IMG/VR virus record: IMGVR_UViG_3300032218_002385
Location: 1 to 40,535 of that record
From: a virus
Lineage: Duplodnaviria > Caudoviricetes
Strand: one strand, 5' to 3'
DNA: 40,535 bases
A model generated the notes under the pieces. That model saw nothing but the letters and a program-made list of their open reading frames with translations. It was not told the origin of the DNA and searched no databases. Of this stretch, positions 1 through 8,079 are shown one piece after another (the first letter of the stretch is position 1; the number at the start of each line of letters is the position of its first letter). The translations under genes and the position numbers were made by a program.

Positions 1-933
1 AATAAACGTCAGGCTATTGCGATACGGTATTTCTTTTAAGAAACGGTGTACATAACCAGTTAAACGTCCTGTATTCAAGCCGTGTCTAATATATTCAGCG
101 TGAGCCGATTCTCCCGAGTCAATACTAACGTACTGCATGAAGTGTTCAATGTTGGTATTGCATAACTGCTTTACATATCCCATGTATTTTTCAAACAACT
201 CATGCTCTACACTGAAGTTGCTGGTTACATTCAAGTGCAAATCTGGTTTAGGCAGGGCCAACACATAGTCAAATACTTTGTATGTGTTCTTGTCCATCAA
301 TGGCTCGCCACCGGTCATTCTGAAATGCCTTAGGCGGGGATAAAGCGTGGGCCACCAGTTCCAGAAGGCGTCAACGTATGGATTATCATCTCTAGCAGGA
401 ATTGGTCTATTACGGCCAGCAAAGTGGCCAGGATCATTATGAGTAGTGCTAGTAGGATAACCACCCAGACGGTCAACTTCTTGTTGCCAGCTGCTGCTGA
501 ATTGCGGACTACAATAACTACATTTAAGATTACAAGCGTGATTAAAATTAACTTCAACATAACTAGGTACAACATCTTCGTCTCCGGTACTGTTCTTAAT
601 TAGGTCATACGATTCTGCTGCCCAAGGTTCACCTGAACGATAGTGCCTGTCACTTAATTGATCGTGTTTTTCGATATTCCAACAGTAGCTACACTCACTC
701 GGCTTGTCGCCGTTAAGCATCATAATACGCTGTTGCTTTTTGTGTGCGGTGTTATGTAACGCACCAGGATTATCTTTTAACGCTGTAGCATCTATAGCAT
801 GCAACGGTGGATGATAGCAACTGTTGTTTAAGCCGGTAGGTAAATGCAAGCTAACTTGTTTCCATTTGGCCAGACAAAGTGCAGGACCTAACTTGTCCTT
901 CATCTCTTCGGCTGCACTCATAAATGTACTCAT
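1..933 (-). CDS. Radical SAM protein with N-terminal twitch/SPASM-like Cys cluster (3' end truncated by the window edge; absent from the ORF track)
   Basis: Translated by hand from ATG at 933: MSTFMSAAEEMKDKLGPALCLAKWKQVSLHLPTGLNNSCYHPP...ECSYCW...EVNFNHACNLKCSYCSPQFSSSW...FRMTGGEPLM. It has the CxxxCxxC and GGEP motifs, and the frame is open to base 1. Confidence 0.92.
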   Translation of the reverse strand, partial: MSTFMSAAEEMKDKLGPALCLAKWKQVSLHLPTGLNNSCYHPPLHAIDATALKDNPGALHNTAHKKQQRIMMLNGDKPSECSYCWNIEKHDQLSDRHYRSGEPWAAESYDLIKNSTGDEDVVPSYVEVNFNHACNLKCSYCSPQFSSSWQQEVDRLGGYPTSTTHNDPGHFAGRNRPIPARDDNPYVDAFWNWWPTLYPRLRHFRMTGGEPLMDKNTYKVFDYVLALPKPDLHLNVTSNFSVEHELFEKYMGYVKQLCNTNIEHFMQYVSIDSGESAHAEYIRHGLNTGRLTGYVHRFLKEIPYRNSLTFI

Positions 934-937
934 GTGT

Positions 938-1678
938 TTATTGTTGTTTGTATTCATTGTAAAAATCTATTATTGGTGCATTGTTGCCGTGTGTTTCAAA
1001 TACAGTCCAGGCAAAATTGAAAAGATAATTGTTTTTATATAAATCTAATTCTGTCCTCATAACGTCGCAAAACTCGCTGTCATCGTTATCAATATCAACC
1101 AGCTGAAAAGATCCCACTGACATTGGGTATACTTTATACAAATCAGAGTGCCAGCAGATTGCTTCATATGCTGCAATTAGATAGTTAATTGTGTTATCAT
1201 TGTCTATGTAAATCTTATTTTTTTCTGCCTGATCAAATAATTCTTTTTTTATTCTGTCAGATAAACGATAAATTTCAGATGCCGACGAGATCTCTGGCCA
1301 TGAAGAATCACGTATAGAATTATACAACTCTAATATAAAACGATCATAGAACTCTGGATCAGAATTAAACATAGGTTTAAACTTTCCCTTAATACTCCAT
1401 TCTCTTCGGAGAGAAGATTTTAAATCAGCTTTAATTATAACAACATCGTTGTTGCAATCAGGAAATATCTGTTGTATTCTGTCGGCGTTTACATTATGTA
1501 ATAACGCATCTGAGCAATTACGAATTGGCAAATCATTATCTTGGAGATACATACCGCGTCGCGGCATTAATTTGTATGTCTGAAAGTCGTAAGCAATCCC
1601 GGGTTCATTGAATGATTTACCTAAGGAATAATGTAAATACCGATTACCGCCGGCGCCGGGATAGTAAGATATAATCAT
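938..1678 (-). CDS. Hypothetical protein with N-terminal P-loop/sulfotransferase-like motif
   Basis: The ATG at 1678, just after the upstream TAA (1680-1682), is more likely than the track start at 1708. The N-terminus IISYYPGAGGNRYL resembles a beta-strand plus PAPS/P-loop motif. The function is inferred. Confidence 0.55.
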   Translation of the reverse strand: MIISYYPGAGGNRYLHYSLGKSFNEPGIAYDFQTYKLMPRRGMYLQDNDLPIRNCSDALLHNVNADRIQQIFPDCNNDVVIIKADLKSSLRREWSIKGKFKPMFNSDPEFYDRFILELYNSIRDSSWPEISSASEIYRLSDRIKKELFDQAEKNKIYIDNDNTINYLIAAYEAICWHSDLYKVYPMSVGSFQLVDIDNDDSEFCDVMRTELDLYKNNYLFNFAWTVFETHGNNAPIIDFYNEYKQQ

Positions 1679-1679
1679 G

Positions 1680-2603
1680 TTACCAACCTTCCTGTTGTCT
1701 AATAACATCCATTTCTCTTACCATAATGCCACGATTGTGCCAATTGCTGCGATAGTGATGCTTGAAGAAACGACTTTGATCCTTTGTCAGAGTATTCATA
1801 GGCAAGTCTAATTGTGTACGCAATGATTTCTCAAGTTCTTCTGCTCGCCAAGATGGCCCTGTATCACCGTGTTCTTCCCAGAGTTCTGCTAACTTGTCGA
1901 AGTTCTGTACTTCTGTGTAATCCCAATCTGTTAGCATGGTCTTGTAAGTGCCTAATCTTGAACCAAATACTGCCCACATGCCATGTTCAACATCGGCACC
2001 TACGTTGTGCCAAATAGTCAAATGGTCTAAGTTGCGTGTGTGTACACGATCCTTGAACTCGCTTGCGCTAGGTCGGCGTCCTTGATTTAAACACATCTTA
2101 ACACCTTCGCGGAATCCTGCTCTCCAGGCTTGAAAAGGGGATCCGTCGGGATATGTTGTACTGTAGCAATCATGCATGGCAATGTACTTGGGATCAAAAC
2201 AAAACTCTACATTGGTTTCATCTCTACCGTCGGTGTTCTCGTGTGTACGCATGTTGTTGGCAAAGTCACGAGTCCAAATACTAAGCCCACCATTGCCGTA
2301 CATCAGTCCATTGACATGATTCTTTGCACGATATCGGAATACACAATCGATATTGCTATCGTCGAGAGTAAGGCATTGGTTGAAGAAAACAGGATCAGGG
2401 AGATTATCACCGTCAACAAGTACAAAACGGTCAGTATCGCTAGCAGCAGCAGCCGCTTTGTGCGCGGCATCAGAGCCTTTAACCCCGTCGACTCTTTTAG
2501 CCCACGGCACCATGTTTTTAATTTTAACCCAATGTTCTTCTTTCTGTGGCTCATCATAGCTCAAGTATACGGTATCCAAGTCTGCAATATCAACTGTTGT
2601 CAT
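1680..2603 (-). CDS. GT-A fold glycosyltransferase-like protein (GT2-like)
   Basis: Contains VYLSYDEP, an AHKAAAAAS helix, then RFVLVDGDN (DxD-like) and YGNGG. This is the typical GT-A arrangement. Confidence 0.7.
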   Translation of the reverse strand: MTTVDIADLDTVYLSYDEPQKEEHWVKIKNMVPWAKRVDGVKGSDAAHKAAAAASDTDRFVLVDGDNLPDPVFFNQCLTLDDSNIDCVFRYRAKNHVNGLMYGNGGLSIWTRDFANNMRTHENTDGRDETNVEFCFDPKYIAMHDCYSTTYPDGSPFQAWRAGFREGVKMCLNQGRRPSASEFKDRVHTRNLDHLTIWHNVGADVEHGMWAVFGSRLGTYKTMLTDWDYTEVQNFDKLAELWEEHGDTGPSWRAEELEKSLRTQLDLPMNTLTKDQSRFFKHHYRSNWHNRGIMVREMDVIRQQEGW

Positions 2604-2940
2604 AATTTTTTAAATTCCATTTTTGATTAGGGTCAACTGCTGTTACGATCGTAACATTGGTTAAATGACACGGCGTACCTGTGTTACCAGGTATTAGTTT
2701 TTTTGTGGATATGGTGTTTGGCATTTTTTTAATTAGCTGTCCATCGACTACAGTGACTCTATAGCTGTGTTCAGCGTATTGTTGTTGTGTTACTTCAATG
2801 TACTTACCGGGCAAATCTTCTATACTGTATACTATCGGGTTGCCGTCGTCGTCATAATACAAACGATACTGCACAGGCACAGCTTCTGGCCACTTGAAAG
2901 AGTTCCAAAAATCTAAAAATATTTCAGTATTTTTATTCAT
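2590..2940 (-). CDS. Hypothetical protein (~116 aa)
   Basis: The likely start is MNKNTEIF (ATG at 2940), overlapping the upstream stop. It contains YRLYYDDDGNPIVYS and is tightly packed in the operon. Confidence 0.7.
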   Translation of the reverse strand: MNKNTEIFLDFWNSFKWPEAVPVQYRLYYDDDGNPIVYSIEDLPGKYIEVTQQQYAEHSYRVTVVDGQLIKKMPNTISTKKLIPGNTGTPCHLTNVTIVTAVDPNQKWNLKNYDNS

Positions 2941-3724
2941 ACGGATTCCAATTCTTAACATTATAATGTATTGCGCCGTGCTGAGCAATAGTGTTAATCC
3001 TTAGATGTCCGTTGTCCGTTTCCCAAACAAGTTCTTTAGTCCAATCGTCGGTCCGAGTTCCTATTATGCGTTTTTTCATATGTACTATTTTTGGATATGT
3101 AGCGAATGGCATGGTAGTTAATTCAGGTCCGACAATTTGTGCTGCCATTGCATACACCAAGTCAGTAGTGGGTTCATCATCCGGAAACTTTAATAGTGTT
3201 TTAAAATCAGCCCAGTGTTCAAATATTTTTCTTACCAAGGCCCAGAATTCCTGTGCTGTTTTACTTAAACGCCAATAGGTAATGGCATTATAGACATCGG
3301 GTAAATTATTGGCATCAAACACTTTGCGATAAAATCTGCTGGTCGATACATTGTTGTAATAATCTCTACATCCTGTACTGACCACAACGTCTCTATGCTG
3401 TAACAAGTCCCACCAATGGTCAATGCTGCTGGTAATCAGCATGTCTGCTTCTAGCTTGATAGTTTGTCTAAACGGGCTGGTTTCAAACACTTGCCAATCG
3501 TTGGAAAGTTTCCATTGTGTGCCGACAGCTTGGTCGCCATGCGGTAACTGTACTACATAATCAAAGCCTTGGATATTCGAATGTCCAAGTGTGACCAAAC
3601 ATGTCTTGGCAGCAGGATTCCAAATCTTGATACTGTTGTTTAATCTTCGAGCACAGTCAACATAGTCAGTGGTATCTGTGTTGACTGCTACGATCAAATA
3701 TCCTCGTTCATGTCGAACCGGCAA
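2933..3724 (-). CDS. GT-A fold glycosyltransferase-like protein (GT8-like)
   Basis: Contains RGYLIVAVN...DYVDCARRLNNSIK, SPFRQTIKLEADML (DxD-like EAD), TDLVYAMA and a late HMK motif. It starts at TTG and is a paralog of the upstream gene. Confidence 0.7.
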   Translation of the reverse strand: MPVRHERGYLIVAVNTDTTDYVDCARRLNNSIKIWNPAAKTCLVTLGHSNIQGFDYVVQLPHGDQAVGTQWKLSNDWQVFETSPFRQTIKLEADMLITSSIDHWWDLLQHRDVVVSTGCRDYYNNVSTSRFYRKVFDANNLPDVYNAITYWRLSKTAQEFWALVRKIFEHWADFKTLLKFPDDEPTTDLVYAMAAQIVGPELTTMPFATYPKIVHMKKRIIGTRTDDWTKELVWETDNGHLRINTIAQHGAIHYNVKNWNPYE

Positions 3725-4511
3725 TTATATCTCCCAAATGTTTTTTTCCCATGGCGTGAAAGTCTTGATCTTTTATCAGCACATGCTTTAAGCTATTGTC
3801 TGACGTTTTATATTTGACCAAAAAACAATCGTCCGAAACTTGTAGTAATTGATGTTCTGGAAACACCGTGGCCATTGACCAGGGTATACTGGGCCAAGTG
3901 GCCTGATGTCCAGTTAATGTGTTTAATGCAATACTCATGGCATGATCATTACGGTAAGTGCTCTTTGCGATACTGTACAAGTTACGGTAGTGCTGCCAAT
4001 TATCTCGAACCATTGTCATCATGTCAAACACACTCTTGCTCATAAGGCTGCGATTAAAACGCATCACAGTGGCCCAGGCCATTGGCATACGGTTTGCACC
4101 AAACCAGTTGAGATCGTCAAATGCGTGTGTGCCAGTTACATCGTAGGCCCAGCGTGGTGCTAAGAAGTCTTGACTTATTTCAAATAGTTGATTTAGTTGA
4201 TCACTGCATACAACATAGTCGGCATCTAACACCAGAGTTTCGTCGTACGGACTTAAATTATAAACTTCCCGACGGTTACCATTGTACCATGTTACGTTGT
4301 GTCCAATATCTGCAAAGAGTCTGGTGCCACCAGACTCGGCTGTAGTTATAATAACATCTTCAAACTCATGTGCATGTACAGGAACAGTATCAGTTACCAG
4401 CGTGGTAGGTAGTCCCAGGTGTCGTGTAATTCGTCTGGCACTCCAACGAGCCATTGCTTGATAATCTATTTCACCGCTATTGTAAGCAAATATAACTACG
4501 CCGCGTTTCAT
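3708..4511 (-). CDS. GT-A fold glycosyltransferase-like protein (GT8-like)
   Basis: Starts MKRGVVIFAYN (ATG at 4511, ATGA overlap with the upstream stop). It contains SPYDETLVLDADYVV (DxD), RNDHAMSIA and a C-terminal HAMGK. Confidence 0.75.
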   Translation of the reverse strand: MKRGVVIFAYNSGEIDYQAMARWSARRITRHLGLPTTLVTDTVPVHAHEFEDVIITTAESGGTRLFADIGHNVTWYNGNRREVYNLSPYDETLVLDADYVVCSDQLNQLFEISQDFLAPRWAYDVTGTHAFDDLNWFGANRMPMAWATVMRFNRSLMSKSVFDMMTMVRDNWQHYRNLYSIAKSTYRNDHAMSIALNTLTGHQATWPSIPWSMATVFPEHQLLQVSDDCFLVKYKTSDNSLKHVLIKDQDFHAMGKKHLGDIIAGST

Positions 4512-4813
4512 CGTTGTTTTTGCAACTCTGACCATTCCACTAACCAGGCGTTCATTTGTTCATACCATCGCTTTTGCATTAGATCTTTGAGGTCGGCAGC
4601 ATTTACTTTTACAGGATTATCGTAAAGATCTAACAGTACAATATCTTCATTGTTGTATAGGCTTAAGAAGGATATCATCTCAGGTGTAGATTTAAACATG
4701 CCGCCTGCGTGTGCAAACAGCATCTTGGCCTGGTATTTTTCTTTGAGAACTCGGTTTGCAGCAGCATGATCAAACCGGCTGCGAGCCTGTAGTACAAGGT
4801 CATTAGTATCCAT
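4508..4813 (-). CDS. Hypothetical protein (101 aa), first gene of the glycosyltransferase operon
   Basis: Clean ATG ORF directly downstream of a sigma70-like promoter and translationally coupled to the next gene. Confidence 0.8.
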   Translation of the reverse strand: MDTNDLVLQARSRFDHAAANRVLKEKYQAKMLFAHAGGMFKSTPEMISFLSLYNNEDIVLLDLYDNPVKVNAADLKDLMQKRWYEQMNAWLVEWSELQKQR

Positions 4814-4819
4814 CGTTTG

Positions 4820-4848
4820 ATTATACAGGAAAAAAAGACAAAAGTAAA
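4820..4848 (-). promoter_or_regulatory. Sigma70-like promoter TTTACT-N17-TATAAT
   Basis: On the minus strand, -35 TTTACT (4848-4843), a 17-nt spacer and a perfect TATAAT (4825-4820). The ATG follows after 6 nt. Confidence 0.7.
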
Positions 4849-4870
4849 GGACTTATTCAAAGTCCTTTAC
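4829..4870 (-). terminator. Rho-independent terminator ending the structural module
   Basis: A perfect 11-bp stem GTAAAGGACTT/AAGTCCTTTAC (4844-4870) with a 5-nt loop is followed on the minus strand by TTTTGTCTTTTTTT, about 18 nt after the stop at 4889. Confidence 0.9.
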
Positions 4871-4888
4871 CATTTTACTACTATTTGA

Positions 4889-5896
4889 TTAAGTTACTGT
4901 GCCAGCAATAGTAGGTGTTCCCCAGGTATTAAGAGTCAGGTATACTGACTCTGGAGGAAAATATGTTACCAGTGTAGTAGGCGCTGTTGCTGCACCAATC
5001 GCGGTGGCTGGGCTAGTTACAGCAGTACCACCCGAAATTGCATCAGTAGATCCCACTGGGGCGCCGCCTGGGTCGACCCAGGTTGTAGTCAATGTCATAG
5101 TTGTTGGAACTGTGTTGCTGTTTACTGCGGCATTTAACTGAATATACAAACCGGTATAAGGAGCAGTATCTGCAAACTGTTTATACAATGTTGTTGCTGT
5201 TGTAGTTAATGCATAAGCACCGGTTGCAGTAGTCAATGTAGTAGGAGTGCCAGTGCCGCCGCTCTTGGTTGTTCCTGTGTAGGCCACGTTGGCAATTGTT
5301 TTGGAACCAGCAGCGCCAGTGATAAAGATATCGCCAACCAAGGTGTTGGCCAAGTCATTCCATTCTGTATCTGCTTCGGTTGTATCTGCTGTTTTACTGG
5401 TTTCCCATTTGAGCATGCCGCCACTGTTGAAAAAGCTATTGAATGCTGAATTATTGGCCCATGTTATAGTTGATACAAATGTAATTGTCCATGCAGCATT
5501 ACCTATGCCTGTTGTTGTTGTTTTACTGACGTTTCCAGTGAATGTGCCGTATTGTGTACCGCGAGCATAGGCATTATTACGGTTGGTAAAGCAACTGGTA
5601 ATATCTGTGTTAAGATTACTTAGAATTGATATAGTGTTGCCAGTAACTGGTGCTGTTCGCGAAGTGATAGAAGTACCCTGGTGGTTGGCCATGGAGCTTA
5701 CTGTATTAACCAAAGTTGCCCATTGGGTAGCTGTAACTGTTCCAGCAGCAGCCACAGTGGCCACGTTGCCTTGGCCATAACCACTGGTAGATGTTGCAGT
5801 TTGACCCCACGTTGCATTTATGTTAGCACCAACCGAGGTACTAACAAAACCATTATAGTCTGTTGCTTGAATTAATTGTCCGCTTGTATATGTCAT
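4889..5896 (-). CDS. Thr/Gly/Ala-rich virion structural protein (fibre/baseplate-associated)
   Basis: 335 aa, very Thr-rich with a beta-type composition and N-terminus MTYTSGQLIQATDYNGF. It lies next to a tail fibre gene, with an AGGA RBS and a TAAGTA late-promoter-like motif upstream. Confidence 0.7.
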   Translation of the reverse strand: MTYTSGQLIQATDYNGFVSTSVGANINATWGQTATSTSGYGQGNVATVAAAGTVTATQWATLVNTVSSMANHQGTSITSRTAPVTGNTISILSNLNTDITSCFTNRNNAYARGTQYGTFTGNVSKTTTTGIGNAAWTITFVSTITWANNSAFNSFFNSGGMLKWETSKTADTTEADTEWNDLANTLVGDIFITGAAGSKTIANVAYTGTTKSGGTGTPTTLTTATGAYALTTTATTLYKQFADTAPYTGLYIQLNAAVNSNTVPTTMTLTTTWVDPGGAPVGSTDAISGGTAVTSPATAIGAATAPTTLVTYFPPESVYLTLNTWGTPTIAGTVT

Positions 5897-5910
5897 AATT
5901 TTTCCTGTAC

Positions 5911-7275
5911 TTAATTAATAGTAACTATCGCTTCAACTACACCTTCGTTAGTACTAGATTTATTTTCTAATGAGCGACCAATTACATTAAATGCAGTTGC
6001 CTCTCCTGGCTTGGCTGACCGTGCTAAGCCGTTTCCTGCAGAAACTAATCGATCGCCTTTGTTTATTGTTCCGATTACTCTAACAGGAACTCGACCTGTC
6101 ATGGCAATTGGTGGATGAGTTAAATCATTTCCTGCACCTGAATTCATCAGGTAAGCAGCTCTTGTACTTATTACTCCAAATACATTTTCGCTTAATTCAG
6201 TAACGCAATTGGTGATTTCTGCAGTGCCGCCCAATTCAACTACTGTGCCAGGTGATAATTCTGTGTCTGCTGCAAAACGTTCTGCTACGTCAGCATATTG
6301 TGCGCTGGTTGCCTTGGCAAATATTGTGTTAAAGGCTGTTCCTGAAGCACCAATATTACCAACTCCGTCTGCATTTAAGTTAGTAATACCCTTGACGCCA
6401 ACTAATGCAGTTGATCCATTTACAAATATTGCAGTAGTAGTTGTGCCACCGTCGTTGACTTGAATATTGATGTTGGCGTCTGATGTTTGATTTTGTATGG
6501 TAACCGTAGCGTTTGCAGTAATGACAGAAATCTTAGCGTCTTGATCAGCGCCTACAGTTAGACCAGTGTCGTTTAAAATACCCAGCGTGCCGGAAATGGT
6601 ATCGTTTATATCTGATCTTAGGTAATTAGCTGCTGCCACACCACCAAGTGAATTTGAGTCAGATGCTGTGCCATTAAAAACAGCATTACTAACTACTGAG
6701 CTAAGTTGCATTCCAGGACCAATTGTGGCAAAACCACTGATAGCCACCTGCGGAGTAAATGTAGCATCTTTAGAAATAATAGCAACAATAACATTATTGA
6801 CCCACATCTGAATAACCACGTGAGCAACTGCTACGTTATCAGTTATGGTTGCAACAATTGCACCACTTGTGCCTTGTCCAGATGAACTGGCTGGACCAAC
6901 TAAGACAAAAGCACTACCGTTATAGGCTTTAAGTTGTTGATTGGTGGTATCCCACCACAAGTCGCCGGTTACATTGCTTGTTGGAGCAGTTGAACTTGCA
7001 GTAGCACTACTAATAGTTTTAAAAGTTGTACCGTTATAAACCTTCATTAAGCTGTTGGCAGAATCCCACCACAGTTGACCTGTTAACGGTGCGCCCGGGG
7101 CGGTTGTATTAGAACCGTTTTCAAGTAGACGAATAAAATTTTCATCTAAAAACTCACCGTAACCAGCGTAATTCTTACCAACTAGTGTTAACACCGGTTG
7201 AGCAGAAGTATTGATAGTACCGTCTGCAATGGTTGCAAATATAGTACCGTCAGTTAAATTAATTGTGTATGCCAT
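5911..7275 (-). CDS. Tail fibre/appendage protein with C-terminal peptidase-G2-like intramolecular chaperone
   Basis: Two repeats of P-x5-G(Q/D)LWWD-x2-N-x3-K-x-YNG. The C-terminus YADVAERF...PGTVVELGG...GRVPVRVIGTINKGDRLVS resembles the phi29 gp12-type autocleaving chaperone. A GGAG RBS is present. Confidence 0.75.
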   Translation of the reverse strand: MAYTINLTDGTIFATIADGTINTSAQPVLTLVGKNYAGYGEFLDENFIRLLENGSNTTAPGAPLTGQLWWDSANSLMKVYNGTTFKTISSATASSTAPTSNVTGDLWWDTTNQQLKAYNGSAFVLVGPASSSGQGTSGAIVATITDNVAVAHVVIQMWVNNVIVAIISKDATFTPQVAISGFATIGPGMQLSSVVSNAVFNGTASDSNSLGGVAAANYLRSDINDTISGTLGILNDTGLTVGADQDAKISVITANATVTIQNQTSDANINIQVNDGGTTTTAIFVNGSTALVGVKGITNLNADGVGNIGASGTAFNTIFAKATSAQYADVAERFAADTELSPGTVVELGGTAEITNCVTELSENVFGVISTRAAYLMNSGAGNDLTHPPIAMTGRVPVRVIGTINKGDRLVSAGNGLARSAKPGEATAFNVIGRSLENKSSTNEGVVEAIVTIN

Positions 7276-7298
7276 TTTTGTTCACTCCGTCCTATTAG

Positions 7299-7306
7299 TA
7301 TTTATG
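7299..7306 (-). promoter_or_regulatory. T4-like late promoter CATAAATA (second copy at 7324-7331)
   Basis: Near-match to the T4 late -10 TATAAATA upstream of the fibre gene. A gp55-like sigma factor is encoded in the window. Confidence 0.65.
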
Positions 7307-7326
7307 GTGGAATTCTGTACTCATAT

Positions 7327-7932
7327 TTATGCTGCACTCAAGTTAGTTAAAGTCTGAATACGCACAGTATAGTCAATTTGAATTTGTCTGTTTAGGCTTT
7401 TTTGTACAGGATGAAAAATTACATGCGTAATTAACATTGGATTGATTCCAGAGCCTTGCCAGGCTTTTAAACCCAATTCATCAAATACAAATTCGCCGTT
7501 GAAATTAGTACTATTATCAAATGCTTGTTGCCCGGCGGGCTCGCCATAATCCAACAAACATGTGACCAGAATATCAGTATAAACTGTACCGCTAGTATGC
7601 AGTACTGTTAGATTATTTCTAGTAGGATCTGTGTTGGCAGCAGAATTCTGATCCACAACTTTAGCATAAGTTTCATTATACAAGTCTGCATTTGCACCTG
7701 TTACATTGGGAGGAAGATATGTGATAACTCCGGTGGGATCTACTGCGCTTCCGCCGTTTCCAAATGCCATGCTATAAATGTAACCTATATTGGTATCAGC
7801 TAGACTCTGAGCCAATGCAATACTCATATTCTCATAATGAATAGCATTATGCTTGTCAACAAATACTTCCTTGCTTTGAGGATCGTGAATTTTTAAGAAT
7901 CCCTCAATCTTTACTGGTCCTAACATAATCAT
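7327..7932 (-). CDS. Virion structural protein (baseplate/tail-fibre attachment-like)
   Basis: 201 aa with motifs MAFGNGG, LDYGEPAGQ, FDELGL and HPVQKSLNRQIQIDYTVRI, resembling tail-collar/baseplate proteins. It lies between the giant wedge gene and the fibre gene. Confidence 0.65.
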   Translation of the reverse strand: MIMLGPVKIEGFLKIHDPQSKEVFVDKHNAIHYENMSIALAQSLADTNIGYIYSMAFGNGGSAVDPTGVITYLPPNVTGANADLYNETYAKVVDQNSAANTDPTRNNLTVLHTSGTVYTDILVTCLLDYGEPAGQQAFDNSTNFNGEFVFDELGLKAWQGSGINPMLITHVIFHPVQKSLNRQIQIDYTVRIQTLTNLSAA

Positions 7933-8063
7933 GCTCGTTTCTCCACTAACACTTCTTTGGTGTTAGGATCATATATTTTAACGTGTGCTTCGACTGAAAA
8001 AACTCCAGCTTCGTTGGGGTTTTTAACAGATTTTTGTTCTACAGTAGGGTGATTTTCATTCAT
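7929..8063 (-). CDS. 44-aa miniprotein similar to the N-terminus of the downstream gene (absent from the ORF track)
   Basis: MNENHPTVEQKSVKNPNEAGVFSVEAHVKIYDPNTKEVLVEKRA*. It fills the intergenic gap, has an ATGA overlap with the 7932 start, and has TAAATA 5 nt before its ATG. Confidence 0.8.
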   Translation of the reverse strand: MNENHPTVEQKSVKNPNEAGVFSVEAHVKIYDPNTKEVLVEKRA

Positions 8064-8068
8064 GTTAT

Positions 8069-8076
8069 TATTTACC
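8069..8076 (-). promoter_or_regulatory. Late promoter-like GGTAAATA
   Basis: TAAATA core 5 nt upstream of the ATG at 8063. Confidence 0.55.
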
Positions 8077-8079
8077 ATG

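Noticed and set aside
330-575. 81-aa hydrophobic ORF resembling a membrane protein or holin
   Set aside because: It is an alternate-frame overlap inside the radical SAM gene (1-933), which has clear catalytic motifs.
2130-2630. 166-aa plus-strand ORF
   Set aside because: It is an antisense shadow of the glycosyltransferase gene, with no motifs or translation signals.
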